This document shows positions 51,652-64,000 of a DNA stretch of 64,000 nt, piece after piece. Position 1 is the first letter of the stretch; each line of letters starts with the position of its first letter. A program made the translations under genes and the position numbers. Source of the DNA: Selaginella moellendorffii. Taxonomy: Eukaryota > Plantae > Lycopodiophyta. The stretch spans positions 1,120,815 through 1,184,814 of the forward strand of contig NW_003314306.1 of NCBI RefSeq assembly GCF_000143415.4, written 5' to 3'. The notes below the pieces were generated by a model, which searched no databases, was not told the origin of the DNA, and saw only the letters and a list, made by a program, of their open reading frames with translations.

Positions 51652-52149
51652 ACAAGAAAAGGAGGGAGTGTACATTAGCTGTTTGTGCAAAGTGTATAGT
51701 TTATAGAATTTTTACATTGCATTCATTCTTTCTGCTAAAAGAGGTTTCCTGTGTTTTCTGTTCTTGCACATTTAGTCCCTTTACGCTTTCAAATTGACAT
51801 CTCGTTGTATTACTTACAGCTCGGAAAGGTTCGAAAGTATCTGGAAATGAATGTTTTTTTTTTCTGTTCAGAACTTCGACGAAGTCTTTCAGGACAGCGA
51901 CAGCCATTGATTTTCCCGGCGGCTGACCAGTAAGTGCGTGAGCTACTTGCTAACTTAACTCAATTCTTGCTCACAGTGACGACTACATTTGCTCTTTCCG
52001 GGTTTATCTACGAGACCCACTTGCAAATGAGTGCGTCTGGAATGGACTACTCTCTCTCCCGAACGACGACTGTCCCGTGCATTGCGTATGTGACCAGGAA
52101 GTTCTACTCCTTTAATTCTCAACTTCGGCGATGAGACTTTTGGAGAGCC

Positions 52150-54120
52150 ATGAACACCTGTTTAGCATCTTGTGGAACTCTGACGCTTCTTCTCATAGTT
52201 CTGGCAGTTCTAGGAAGCCTTCTCCCTCGACACCACCGCCGAGATCATTCTTTGTGGATTGCTCTTCCTGCTACCTTGGCCCTTGATGCATCAATTCCTG
52301 TGGCTACTGTAGATGAACATTTTGTCTGCGCAACAATTGACTGGTGGCCGCAGGGGAAGTGCAATTATGGAAGTTGCAGCTGGTTCCATTCTTCTATACT
52401 CAACCTGGTAAGCTTTCCATCAGAATTCACAGCCTTATCGATTGCAATTTTTCAGGATCTTACAAATCGTCTGCTTGCTGAGGCTGTGACAGGTAAATTG
52501 TTTTTCCCTGGCGGAAATTCCTGACAGTCTGCATTACAGCGTTGGCTCCACTATTGATACGGCTTGGAGGGTCTTTGGAGGATCAGATCTTTTACGACGT
52601 TGGAAGCTCTGCCACGACGACGACTTGCAAGACTTTCACCACTCAGAACCACAGGTTCGGATTTTCTACTGGATGTCTCAATATGTCACGATGGCAGCAA
52701 CTAAATGAATTCTTTCAGAGAACAGGGTAATAACACCCCCGATGCTGTTTCGAGCAGTCTCAAGTGTTTGAGTTTCACTTCTACAGATCGCTGGTGGCAT
52801 TCGGTCTAAACGCTTTACACGGGAAAGAACGTATCGATAACACGTTCCAGGGACCTTGGAACTCTAGCAATGCGCGAGATTTCATAGCGTACACGGCCAG
52901 CAAAGGCTATCCTATCAAAGCTTGGGGGCTTGGTAAAAGTCAACTGCCTTGGAAGCTATTAAACTGGTTTCTTTTCCTTTTCCATGCAGGCAATGAGCTA
53001 AGTAGTAGTTTTAGCGGAGTTACATTGGATTCGAGGAACTATGCAGCAGATGTGGACGAACTCCAACAGACAATTGACGAAATCTATGGAACCGGGCAAA
53101 AGCCTGTTCTCGTAGCACCGGATGGCTTTTTTGATGCTTACTGGTACAGCCAAGTTTTACAGCAAACCAGAACAGATCCAGCATTGAGAGCTGTCAGTTT
53201 GCACGTCTACGATCTTGGACCAGGTGAATTATATATATATCTCTTCACAGTCTGGTACTATCCAATTGGCACAGGTGATGGCAAAAACATTGCTGCTCGG
53301 ATACTCAACGCGGCTCACGCCGATAGATATCAGCAAGTCCAGCGCGTTCTCCGCCAGTATGGAAATGGAGCGAAGGCTTGGGTGGGAGAAGCAGGAGGGA
53401 TTTATAACGGTGGTCAGCACCTCGTCAGTGACGCATTTGTCTTTAGTTTTTGGTATGATAAGTTTTTTTTATGCTTCTTCTTTCCTGGCTATTTCTTTTT
53501 CAATTCTAGGTACTTGGACCAGCTTGGGATGGCTGCGCTTCACAACACGGCAGTATTCTGTCGTCAAAGTCTTATAGGAGGTAACTACGGCCTCCTCGAC
53601 TCAAACTTCAATCCAAATCCAGACTTTTACTCGTAAGTTTTTCTCAAAATCGGTTCAGGACGCTTTACTTCCCTTTCTTCGTTCCAGGGCGCTTCTCTGG
53701 AAGAGGCTTATGGGCGAAGTCGTGTTAAATGTGACATCACAAAGTCTCAACTCGTCCAGCTTCCACACATACGCACACTGTTTGAAAAACGCCCGGGTGA
53801 GCTCCTTGGTTTGGCTCACTCCTTTCGCTTATTCGAATGTGGAACAGGGAGGAATCGCTGTCCTGGTGATCAACTTCAGCAACAACACACAGGTGGTGCT
53901 CGATCTGGGGCTCGAGTCGCAAAAGCTGGAGTACCACTTGAGCTCGCCGGATGGAAACGTCCAGAGCCAAAGAGTGGCTCTCAATGGGCAAGTTTTGGAG
54001 GGCGCTAAGAGCGAACTGAAGGCCATTGCGGTGGAGGGATCCAACCCGAGCAAAGTAGCACCGCTCTCGATTGCTTTCATCACGCTCCCAGATGCCTTCG
54101 TCCCCGCCTGTACTCTCTAA
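52150..54120 (+). CDS. Heparanase-like glycoside hydrolase family 79, multi-exon
   Basis: FVCATIDWWP..KCNYG.C.W, IRLGGSLED, GNEL, AWVGEAGG, YLDQLGMA, CRQSLIGGNYGLL, PNPDFYS. Confidence 0.95.
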
Positions 54121-54429
54121 TTTCTAGAGAAATACGAAAATAACTCATACTTGGACGCGAGTTTTTCAGAGAGTCTACCACCCCGCCTCTAGTCTCTTCC
54201 GAAAGTCTTATAAAAACCATGTCATAACACGAAAAAGTAATGTTAAGTTGTGAAACACCTCTTCTCCTTTGATGCTTCTTTGTGACAGTGTTATGACAAC
54301 AGTGTGTACTTGGAAGGAGGCACTTTCTTAAACTAACACACACTTCTCTTGGTCCCAGCCATGGCGCCTATATAGCTCAGAGTGTTTTTGTTAAAGAAAA
54401 AAGCTTCATCCTGCTCGCTTTCTCCCGCC

Positions 54430-55185
54430 AGGATCAATCCAGCCTACTATGCAAATCTCATCGCCCCAGTTGATGACTGGTGCTTGGAGTTTCTCACTCT
54501 GCTGCTTCCCATCACGAAATACATCGCTTGGTTCTTCGTTGCGGACAATGGAATGGACGATCCTCACATCTGGCCTACAATCTGGTCTATGAAGGGAAGT
54601 ACGAGCAAGCAAAGGCGGTGCTGCTGGACAGCCCGGATCTTTCTCGCCAGATCCGGGTATTTTGGGATGTCATGGACGAGCTCAAGATCTTCATGACCAA
54701 AGTAATGTTCTGCGGATCCATGATCAAGGCACTGGGCATGTTCGAGGTGGAGCTAAGCTGGATCCACAAGCAAATCACCCCCAGCGTGAGCACTTACATG
54801 TGGCTGAGAGATGTCTCTTCTGGAGTTCTTTCTTGATTTCGTGCAGGGCTTGAAGCTCCTTCAACTATGGCAAAGATTTCCTTTTTGGCTTGTCCAGAGC
54901 TAACTGCTGTCCAGCTCCAGAGCTACTACATTATGATTGTCAACGACTTTTTCTCCTTCAGAAAAGAATGGAACTACCTCAACATCGTCCCCGCCGTGGC
55001 TTACAATCTAAACTTGGGAATCAACGATGCAATCACAAAGGTGGCAAGCATGATAGCCATCCACTCCTCCGTTCCCGCCAGGTACTCCATAACACCATCC
55101 TTTTTTGTGCGAACTCCTTTTCCAACTCCCGGATCAGGAAATAATAGCAATGGTCGTGGCAAACAACACGGTACAATGGCCTAGG
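54430..55185 (+). pseudogene. Microbial-type terpene synthase-like (MTPSL) pseudogene 1
   Basis: FFVADNGMDD, TYMWLRDVSSGV, IVNDFFSFRKE (NSE/DTE motif), WSWQTTRY; frameshifts, deletions and an internal inversion. Confidence 0.8.
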
Positions 55186-55363
55186 CTGGATTCCTTCACC
55201 AGTAAAGTCCGCCAACTTTGTCCTTGAAAACGGATGATTTCGTGCCTGTTTGAAGGTAAAAACAAAAATAAGTTCCATAAAGCCATCAATAAAATCAAAA
55301 TCCGGTACATATGGATGTGTTAAATGGTCGAATTGTCAAGCATGTTTTTCACTGATTTGCTCC

Positions 55364-58300
55364 TCAGCACGTCGATGCCAAATAGCCATTGTAATCTAAA
55401 GCCATCCAAAAGTCTGAGAGCTGGTGCTGGGCCTCGGATTTCAAGTAGTATTTGTGTAAGCGGCAGACGTTCTCATGAAATGAAGATCTCAGCTCTAGAA
55501 CCTGGTAATATGAGTAAGGATACCGCTCGAGAAGGATGAAAAGAGACTCCCTACCCTTGAATACAATTTGTCGATGCAAATTTTGTCATCCTCCCAGCTC
55601 CTAATGTTCTTGAGAGACGAGCGAAAGTCGAGCAAGCACTGCATTATGTTGTCCGTGCATAACTTCACTCCTGTGTGCTCCAGAGAAAGGAAACATCTAC
55701 ACGCAGGACAGCAGACGACATTAAAAAAAAGTCTCGTTTTTCTTCGGTGCTTACTGATGGACTGCGTTGGTTAAGTACTTGTGGTGGACTACCTCCAAGT
55801 CCTGCATGTCTTTGATCTGCTTAAAACGTCGGCATTAGGTGAAGAACCTTGCAGTACGTTTATTCTATTTACCTCGTGTTTGATAGCATGAAGAAACTCG
55901 CCCCAAACAACATGTAGAAGCTGCGAATGTACGTGACACTGAAAGGCTGTGACAAAATGCCCAATTTGGTGCCTGGAAAAAGAAAAACAAAGCCTCAATG
56001 AATTAGCGATGAAAGTTGTTAGAAAGCACCTAAAAAGTTGAAGAGCTCGGAGTTTATCCGTCTGCTGCTCCGAAGACCTCAGTCGACGCATAGAGCGCTC
56101 CACTGCCTGAAATTAAAAAGACAAATGAAACGTCGGCCATACTACAAGAACGAAAACATGCGCACTTACTTGTAGCGAGCTGCTGATTTCTCCGAGGGCG
56201 AAAACCGCGTGCCTTACACGAAGCAACAATCTGAAGATCAGATTGTACAAGCACAAAGCGTCTGCTGTGAGAATAAGATTAAGTGGCCAATCCACATGGT
56301 AGCCAAGCTCAATGAAATCGTAAGCCTCCAAACCTGTGCATGCAAGAGTTTTAAACAGCTGCAACAGCTAAAAGAAAAAGTTTGAATCTTACTGTTGTGG
56401 TTGACAAAGGCATCGTCTTGGCCCTCGGATATGCTGCAAATATGCAGTCTTTCGGCATAACTATCTCCATCACACGAGGATTTTTGTAGAGCTGTTTCCA
56501 GCATTCCTTGAACTTCGACAATGTGATGTTGTCGTCGTGAGAGGCCCCACTTCTGCTCAAAACGAAAAGCTGCAAATGTAAAAGGTAAGCAAATAAAATG
56601 TGTAACGTACATGGGAGCAAAGCGCAGTGATGAAATTATCAGCCCAGTCTCCAACCTCCATGAAATAATAGCGTCTCAGCGCGAGGTAATGGTCTTGAAG
56701 GTGAAGGTGGTCCTGCAATAGTCTTACTGTGAAAACACTCACCAATCGATATCTACATCCTGTTAAGTGTGAGATCTGAGAAAAAGAAGAAACGAAACTG
56801 ACGAAAAGGATACTGCATAAGGATCTCGTCCGTAATGCTCTTCTCCACGGCCACGCTGATAGGAATGTCCGAGCCAGCTCTTTCTTGACGGCATCCAGGA
56901 AGCGTGGTTTTGTGCTGTGTAGTCATTTTGAGTGCTGAGACCCACGAACCACCTCCTTGAGGACTTGAGGACTTTTCACTTCTTACTTCATCAGGGGAGC
57001 TAGTTTCCGCAGGCTGTAGCTTGACGCTCTCTTCCACACTTGCTGGAGCTCTTCTTATAGCTGGTAAGTTGTCATCTTTAAGTAGAATGCTTGCGGCATC
57101 GATGTCAATCTTCGTGGCCTTGGTCAAGGATAGAAGTCCCACTTGTGATAGCTCCGGAATGAGCTTCTTCGCAAGGCTGTTCTCGTTAACGAGGGTTGAT
57201 CTTATATCCCAGCCATCAGCAGTATTCGCGAAGATCGTGGAAATGTACTCGTTGATATTCCCTTCGCCGCAAGCATAAAATGGATTTCTTGGCAGTCCAG
57301 CATTTGGTGTCGTAAGTAAAGATGAGATGCTTAATGCACGATCGGCCGAGGAACCCGATTCAGGAGGAACTTCGCTTGCGAAAAGACTGTCCTGCGTGTG
57401 TGGTTGTAAAAAGCTCTCGTCACAACTGACAGTTTCCTGCTCAGAGCTAGCACCAGTATCACTGTCGTGATTGTCATTGCTGTCCTCGCCAAGTCGCGGA
57501 GAGTCCACTTCAGCAGAAGTGGCGGTTTCATCAGTAGTTCTGTTTAAGAGAAAAAAATTCAAAGCACAGTTTACTGATAAAACCACAAAGACTCACGTTG
57601 TTTCTAGCTCTGATTCCGAGTCCTCTGAAGCTGTTGCTGATGCTTCCTCCTATATAAAAAAAAAAAAGTTTGGAATAAAGATAAAACTATAGAACGCCTT
57701 ACCAATTTTATGGGATACTTGTCACCAAAAAATTTACGGTAGTGCTCTGCAATCGTCTCCGCTCGATGCTGCCTCTGCTTGAAAACTTGCCTGAGGCCTT
57801 TCTTGTCAAAGGCCACAGATAAAAAACAAGAAACCTGCCCTTCCATGTCTGTCTCGTCACTTGGCATGGAGCCTTGAAACGCAGAGCTCAAGGCCTGGGC
57901 AAACTCACGCGTCTCTGGAAGCTTTAGCAGGACTTCTAACTGTTGTGCTGTACGCAGCATTTGAGAAGATACGTCCACCAGAAAAACAGGAGTATTGACG
58001 CCTGTCCGGATCTAGAGGATGGAAAAATCACACACAAGCTTGGGACGTGATGAAAAGAAATCCGGACCTTCAAGCTACTTTTCATGGAGTTCTCCACTGG
58101 CTGAGATCGCCGAGGCCTTGACGCTTGCTCCAGAATAAACTCTCCATGCGGGTCCTTTAGATCAGCGCAGTATATGCACGATCGCACGAAAAGCGCATAT
58201 GGCTCGTATGTCCGAGCAAACAAGAAGCGGAGCACTTCTAGATGCACCGGATCAGGTTCCTGGAACGATGAAAGAGAAATAGCAAAGCAAGAAAAAAGTG

Positions 58301-59071
58301 AACCTTACGAGCAACAAGTTGTAGAGAAGAGTGAGCAAGTCAGCTCCCTTCGGGAAAGCCTTGAACTTCTCCAGCATATCATTGCCGGTGGTGGAAAACG
58401 CTGCTTTCTCCTCCTCGCCATCGCCATCTATGGAACAAATCCTCGTGAGAGCCTGTAGCTGCACCCTCAGCTCCTCGGTGTGGAGATAGAGCTCCACAAG
58501 GCTCTGAGCACTGCTGCGATCAAACCGAAGATTCAAGGCGGCCGAGTGTCCGTGCAAGATGGTCCTCACAGCAGAAGCAAAAGCCTGATTCAAGAGCGGA
58601 CAAGCGCCGCCAGCTTTCCTCCTGTGGAAGCCGAGGAAGAAGTCTACAAACCGATCGAGCTGGTACCTGTGCCACCCCGCTCGAGCGAAACACGAGAGTA
58701 GCTTGGCCAAAGCGCTGGCGCTGGACGAGAGCCGCCAGAGAGTGGCGATGTTGTGAGCAGTCTTATCGGCAGCTTGCAAGGCAAAGGCCGCGGCGAGGGA
58801 GCGCAAGGCTGTGATCGCGGAGGGAAGTCCCTGGAGAGCATGTAAAGAGTCCTTGACGAGCTTTGCCTCCTAGAATCACATTTTCTTCGCAAATTATACT
58901 AGATACTAAAGGATACAAGGAGCTTACACTGGAACAAGGAGACGACGGCCGCGGCGCGTGTTTGATCGCCCCACGGATGGCGCAAAACTCGCCGGGCTGC
59001 TCCCAGCAGTGTGAGATCTTCGGCGCGGAAGTCTCGAATCCGACCTGGATCCACATTTCTTCCTCCCGCAT
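55364..59071 (-). CDS. GCP6: Gamma-tubulin complex component 6, multi-exon
   Basis: EAKLVKDSLHALQGLPS, ADKTAHNIATLW, LLNQAFASAVR, FLFARTYEPY, LRRYYFMEVGDWADNF, LGYHVDWPLNLIL, C-terminal ALDYNGY. Confidence 0.88.
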
Positions 59072-59313
59072 TTTTGCTAAACCCTAATTCTAGCTGGGAA
59101 TTTTAGTGGTGCAACGTATAGTTCTAAGCTTGAATATTTATTTGATCGCCAATGCTCCAAACAAGGAATCCTCGTCAGCTTGCAGCCTAGCTCAAACTCA
59201 TCATACCTGTTCGTGTGGCGTTCATCCTCCTTTCTCGTTGAGTTGAGTGTCCTAAGGGACGGGCAAAAAATCACTGCTTTTGCATATTCATCTAAGTGCC
59301 CAATCCCCTGTGC

Positions 59314-59900
59314 TCAAGTCGTAAACAAACATGATCCCAGATTGGCCTCTGCATGAACAGAACAACGGAAAACCATTCCGACAGAGCGCTGCCCAGCGTA
59401 CACTTGATCAAGGATCGATTTATGGGTCTTTGCAGAGACGGCAACCAAGCCACCCTTGTCGTCAACCTTCCACACGCCATAGCCATCAACTCCGGACTCC
59501 CCTGCCTCGCGGTTGCCTCCCGCATACACCCAGGCACTTGCAAAGTATCGCTGGCCATTGTACTCCCACGGCCTCGCGGTGCACAGTCCCGGGAGCGGCA
59601 AAACGCAGCGCAGGATCTCTTCATCTGGGTCAACCTTGTCTTCCAGGCCCGTTATAATCCTGCCTACGGCGCAGCGGCTCTCAGATTACAGCGTGGACTT
59701 GGCGCCCTTGGGAAGAGAAGACCACGAGCGCGTTGCCGAGTCGTAGATGCAGCACCAGCGACCCGAGAAGTCGACAGCGGTGGCAGGACAGAGAAAGCGA
59801 CTTTGAAGCCATTCTATGGAGCGGTGGTAGTTCGCTCCACCCTTGGGTCACTGGCTTCCCCACCACCAGGTGAAACACAATCAATCATGCCCAATGTAGC
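59314..59900 (-). pseudogene. F-box-associated/kelch-type domain relic
   Basis: LVVGKPVTQGWSELPPL (cf. LVVCNPLT..W..LPP), GFKV, CIYDSATRSWSSLP; stops and frameshifts. Confidence 0.5.
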
Positions 59901-60789
59901 CAGGTCCACATAGCTGAGAACCGTCTCCAAAATGTCGCAGCACAGTCTATGATCGTAGCAAGACGTCCTCTTAGTTTCTTCTTTCTAAAGAAGTTATTCC
60001 CCGTTATTAACCTCCTCACTGGCTTGTGCTTCTCAACTCTGCCGTCTCATTGAAACTGAGCTTCTCATAAATCTTTCCAATCCTGATTATCTCCCTCTTT
60101 ATGCTCAATCTCATCTACTGAGGAGACATCGAAAGTGTTCATTGTAAAGTCATGGCGTGATAAACATCCACCTGTGACGTTCCTCCAGTCAGATTGAACG
60201 TAGAAAACACACAACTTACGTGAATCAGGCGTGGAAGTCTTCCATGCTGGCCAGCCAAACTGATCCCAGAGACGTAATACTGTAAAGAAATGAGGACTTT
60301 AGTCATTAGTGGTCATGTTTTTTCTATTTAGTCGCGGACCTTTTTTTTTCCTACCAGGACAGGGATCTCATGACAATCATCCTCGAATGCTGCCTTCAAG
60401 AGAAAGTTTTCAACACATTTCTACTGTCTCATGATTCACAGATTCTAATTACAAGAAAAAACCAAAGAACCTTCGTAGTTATTTTCCAACCTTCTGGTGG
60501 CACCATTCAATTCCACTCCCTAGACTAAGTGTTGAGTTACAGAATCATGCAACATCTCTGACATGAACATACTTTCTAAGCTGCTGAAATATCCCACCTC
60601 ATCATCAAAAACAAATAAAATCCCTTCTTGTTTATCATATTGCTAAAGGTCCTTAAGAATCAATAGAATTCTTATAAGAAAAGGATCATAAATTACCATG
60701 TAAATCATACTTATCAGTATCTATCACTATAAATTGTTGGCGACAAGGTGATAAGGCGGACAAAGAGAAGAGCTTCTTCATCCCGCCAG

Positions 60790-61395
60790 TAACCCAATCT
60801 GGCTTACAATGCAAATCTCATTGCCCAAGTCGACAACTGTTTCTTGAAGTTTCTGCCAGAGCAAGTTCTCAAGAGCTATGTCTTCCCGAGCTTTCCAGCT
60901 TGCGCACTGCTAATATATCGCTTTGACGATATCCTCACATCCCGCCCTCGTACATTGTTTTGTCCTATAAGCTGGCTCGACATGGAGCTAAGCTGGATTC
61001 TCATCCTCAGCATGAACACTTACATCTGGCTGAGAGAAATGGCTGAACCGTTTATCGATTTCATGCAGGGCTTGAAGCTGGCAGGAGATGCTTCTGCTTC
61101 AGAGATTGGAATCCACCACGTTATGATTGTCAACGACTTGTTCTCCTTCAGGAAAGAACGGGCCACTAGGAACTACCTCAACATCATCCGGCCTTGTTGT
61201 GGCTTACAATCTAAACCTGGAAATCAACAATGCAATTGCAAAGGTGACAAGCATGATCCAGGAGCTGGAAGAGGAGTTCACACAAAAGAAGAGAGAAATA
61301 TAAATGGTCTCTGTGTCAAGGATGGTGTTATGGAGTACCTGGCGGGAATGGAGGAGTAATATAGAATGGTCGTGGCAAACGGCACGTAGGCTGGA
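60790..61395 (+). pseudogene. MTPSL pseudogene 2
   Basis: TYIWLRE, IVNDLFSFRKE, NYLNII, EYLAGMEE, EWSWQTAR*; paralogous to 54430-55185. Confidence 0.8.
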
Positions 61396-61438
61396 TTCCT
61401 CCACCAATAAAGTCCGCAAGCTTTTCCCTTTGACTCGA

Positions 61439-62422
61439 TTATTTCGATTGTGTTCCTATGTTCCTCCTCGTTCTCTTTAGATAGCTCGCAGTGGGCTGAA
61501 TGCTACTGTCCTCCACAAGCATCTCTACAAGCTCTGGAGTATCGGGCCCAAAATTGGTCACCCGAGGCCCCCAGTAGTGATTCATCCTCATCTCCTCCTC
61601 CTCCGCCACGATCGTCGCCCCAGTCCCCATCGAAAACATGTGTGCGTCGATGCTCGTCGCGCTCTCCACCAGCGATGGCCGAAAGATTGGCTTCTGTCGG
61701 CTGCGAGAACCCGCAATCCTACCCTCGGTCTCACGTTTTCTTCTCTGGTACCGCTCGATCATCCAGTTCCCGGGATCTCCCGCTGGATTCCCCACGAAGA
61801 ACATACACTGGAGCAAGATCTGGGACACTTCGCTCGTCTCCGCTCTTCTTTGCACGAATCTGGCCAGAAAGGCCGGGAATGTGTCCATGGGCGAGAATGG
61901 GTACTCGTCCACATCCATCTCAAGCGCCCAAACACTCGATTGATTGTAGTTCGCAAGGAAATGAGCGTAGGAATTCTCCTGCTCGTAATGGCAATCCGAG
62001 CTCTCTAGCATCGGGAAGAGCGAGTAGAAGCGGTGGTACGTGAGAGCACCGGATTCCACATAAGGCCGGAGATTTTCCTCCTGTGACTCGGATTGACCGT
62101 GGGCGGTATCATACCAGTAGATGTGCTCCACACCTGCGCTGCCCATGAATTCGATCCACTGCCGGCACTCGAAGGCCGTGATGTTGAAGAGATCCGCTGC
62201 GAATACCCTGTTAACAATCACCGCGACGAGAAAGAAGCCGTCACCCTCGTGTAGATTGATCATTAGACGGGGGCTCGATTTGTTGCCAAAGCGGACGAAC
62301 TCGAGCTGGGAGATCACAAGAAAAATGAGCCACGCTGCCAAAAGTAGCATCCATATTTTCCTATTGATCGTAGTGTTGTTGCTACCATTGCCATTCATTG
62401 ATGATGATCCCAGACGCACCAT
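61439..62422 (-). CDS. Glycosyltransferase family 92 / DUF23-like type II membrane protein, intronless
   Basis: N-terminal TM helix; QWIEF...GVEHIYWYD; WALEMDVDEY; MNHYWG; 327-aa ORF. Confidence 0.75.
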   Translation of the reverse strand: MVRLGSSSMNGNGSNNTTINRKIWMLLLAAWLIFLVISQLEFVRFGNKSSPRLMINLHEGDGFFLVAVIVNRVFAADLFNITAFECRQWIEFMGSAGVEHIYWYDTAHGQSESQEENLRPYVESGALTYHRFYSLFPMLESSDCHYEQENSYAHFLANYNQSSVWALEMDVDEYPFSPMDTFPAFLARFVQRRAETSEVSQILLQCMFFVGNPAGDPGNWMIERYQRRKRETEGRIAGSRSRQKPIFRPSLVESATSIDAHMFSMGTGATIVAEEEEMRMNHYWGPRVTNFGPDTPELVEMLVEDSSIQPTASYLKRTRRNIGTQSK

Positions 62423-64000
62423 GGCGTAGACTCTTGCTTAGATATTTAGTCAAGCTAAATCTGATTGCCTAACTCATCGTTGTTGGTCGCAAAATCGAAT
62501 CTTAATGAAACAGCAGATTTGCTGATTATAGTCCCAAGAAACATAAAACTTTATCAATGCAATGCAATTGAATTTAGCCCACACCTCTTCGGTCCTTCTA
62601 AATATGATAGACCACGCTGCTTTAACACTTAGGGAACATACAAACCAATCGTTGAACTATCACTCTATTTACTTTGTTATCCTTCTATAGCTGTTATTGT
62701 TTTAGAATATTTTAAGAATACTATTTGTAATGGTTTAACAACAACAATATTTTATGATATCAACAACAAAATATTGACACAAAACATTAGAGCATAGAGT
62801 GTGGAGTGATTTTAATTTATGTTTTCTCTTTTAGTTATCTTTGAAAAATATAAAATTTCCTTTTTTTCTTAAGGCACAAAGCATGCAAAGATGGTGTGTT
62901 ACTTTAACCATTAGCTTTGGACATAACAACCTCATAATGGCAAGAAAAGAAGCTAAAGAATCAATGAAATTTTTATCACTCTTTCACTAAAACATTTACT
63001 ATTGATTATTGCTTCCCAAAATCACTCTAAAGAAGTATATAATGAAAATTTTCACGAGTGAACAATGCGTAAACAAGCATTATGGATTTTAAAGAGCACT
63101 GAATAGAGTATGAAACATAGATTATAAAGTAGATTATATAAAATTTTACATTAGAAAATAAAGTATATAATTTGCTTTTATCCCTCATCATTTTTGGTGT
63201 GGTGACTATGGAATTGTTTTGAGTTTTCTTTTTTTTAATTTCTTTTACCTTTCCTTTTCTACATTTCTAAAAGTTATGAAAAATAAGTGGTCAAATAGAG
63301 TTTGATCAAAGTGTTATTCTAAACCATCATCCCTCACTAAATCATAATTTGTAGTTAGGTTTTTTTTGTCTTCCTGAGGAGTTACAAGTTAAAATTCTTT
63401 ACTTAATCTTTAAAAAACTTCACTTATTTGTTGAGAGCAATAAAAGTCCCAAGTTATCCTAATTCCATTTTCATTGAAAATATAAAATATTATCTTTACT
63501 TTTTCAAAAGTCTTAAAAATGAAAGGTGATTGAGAAAGTGCTCTTAGATATTTCTAGGTTGAGTTTGTGATATTAAATTTAGCTTTTGGACTTGGCTTAT
63601 AAGTGGATGCCATGTAAACAGTAGGGATTAAATTTTTATGCTTGTGAGGAAGATATTTAAAACAATGATAGACTAAAAAATATCTTCATTAAATATATAG
63701 ATTGGATATATAAGTGATAGTGATAAACAATTTTGGAATAAATCTTTTTATTGTTTGGCCTATTCAAAATTGTATATTAAAGTCTTGTTTCCAAGATCAT
63801 GTTTAATAATACAGTTAGCATCATTCAAGAGAATTTGACTTTGAAATTCTTTTAATCATTGTCAATATTCTCATAAAGCATCATGAATTGAGGAAAGCTT
63901 GGTTACAAATCTGTTACATAGAGTCACATTTGAAAATGTATATCATTACAACAATAATTTGTTATAGATTCTTGAATTTAGAGTTCCCAAGAGGTCACTT

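Noticed and set aside
60220-60400. IFT80-like exon (LRLWDQFGW)
   Set aside because: Short resemblance only; the spliced frame has an upstream stop and no other IFT80 exons are seen
62460-64000. Feature in the AT-rich tail
   Set aside because: No ORF, terminal structure or repeat match recognised within the window

Overview
Plant nuclear DNA. Very short introns, tightly packed genes and microbial-type terpene synthase relics suggest a non-seed plant, most likely a Selaginella-like lycophyte (inference). Two gene islands: ~18.8-23.7 kb holds DCN1-like, Sfp-type PPTase and PP2A catalytic subunit; ~41.8-62.4 kb holds CDPK, TM9SF, SEC8, GH79 heparanase-like, GCP6, a GT92-like gene, two MTPSL pseudogenes and an F-box-type relic. 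They alternate with two transposon nests (~1.5-18 kb and ~24-41 kb). Highlights: (1) a complete 537-bp Cassandra-type TRIM whose LTRs carry the 5S rRNA internal promoter, inserted in the polypurine tract of a larger LTR element, plus a solo LTR and fragments; (2) a 7.6-kb LTR element (TSD AGTAA) with no recognisable gag/pol and a decayed ~4.5-kb interior, present twice; (3) solo LTRs carrying a structured minisatellite. All alignments and counts were done by eye and exon limits are approximate.
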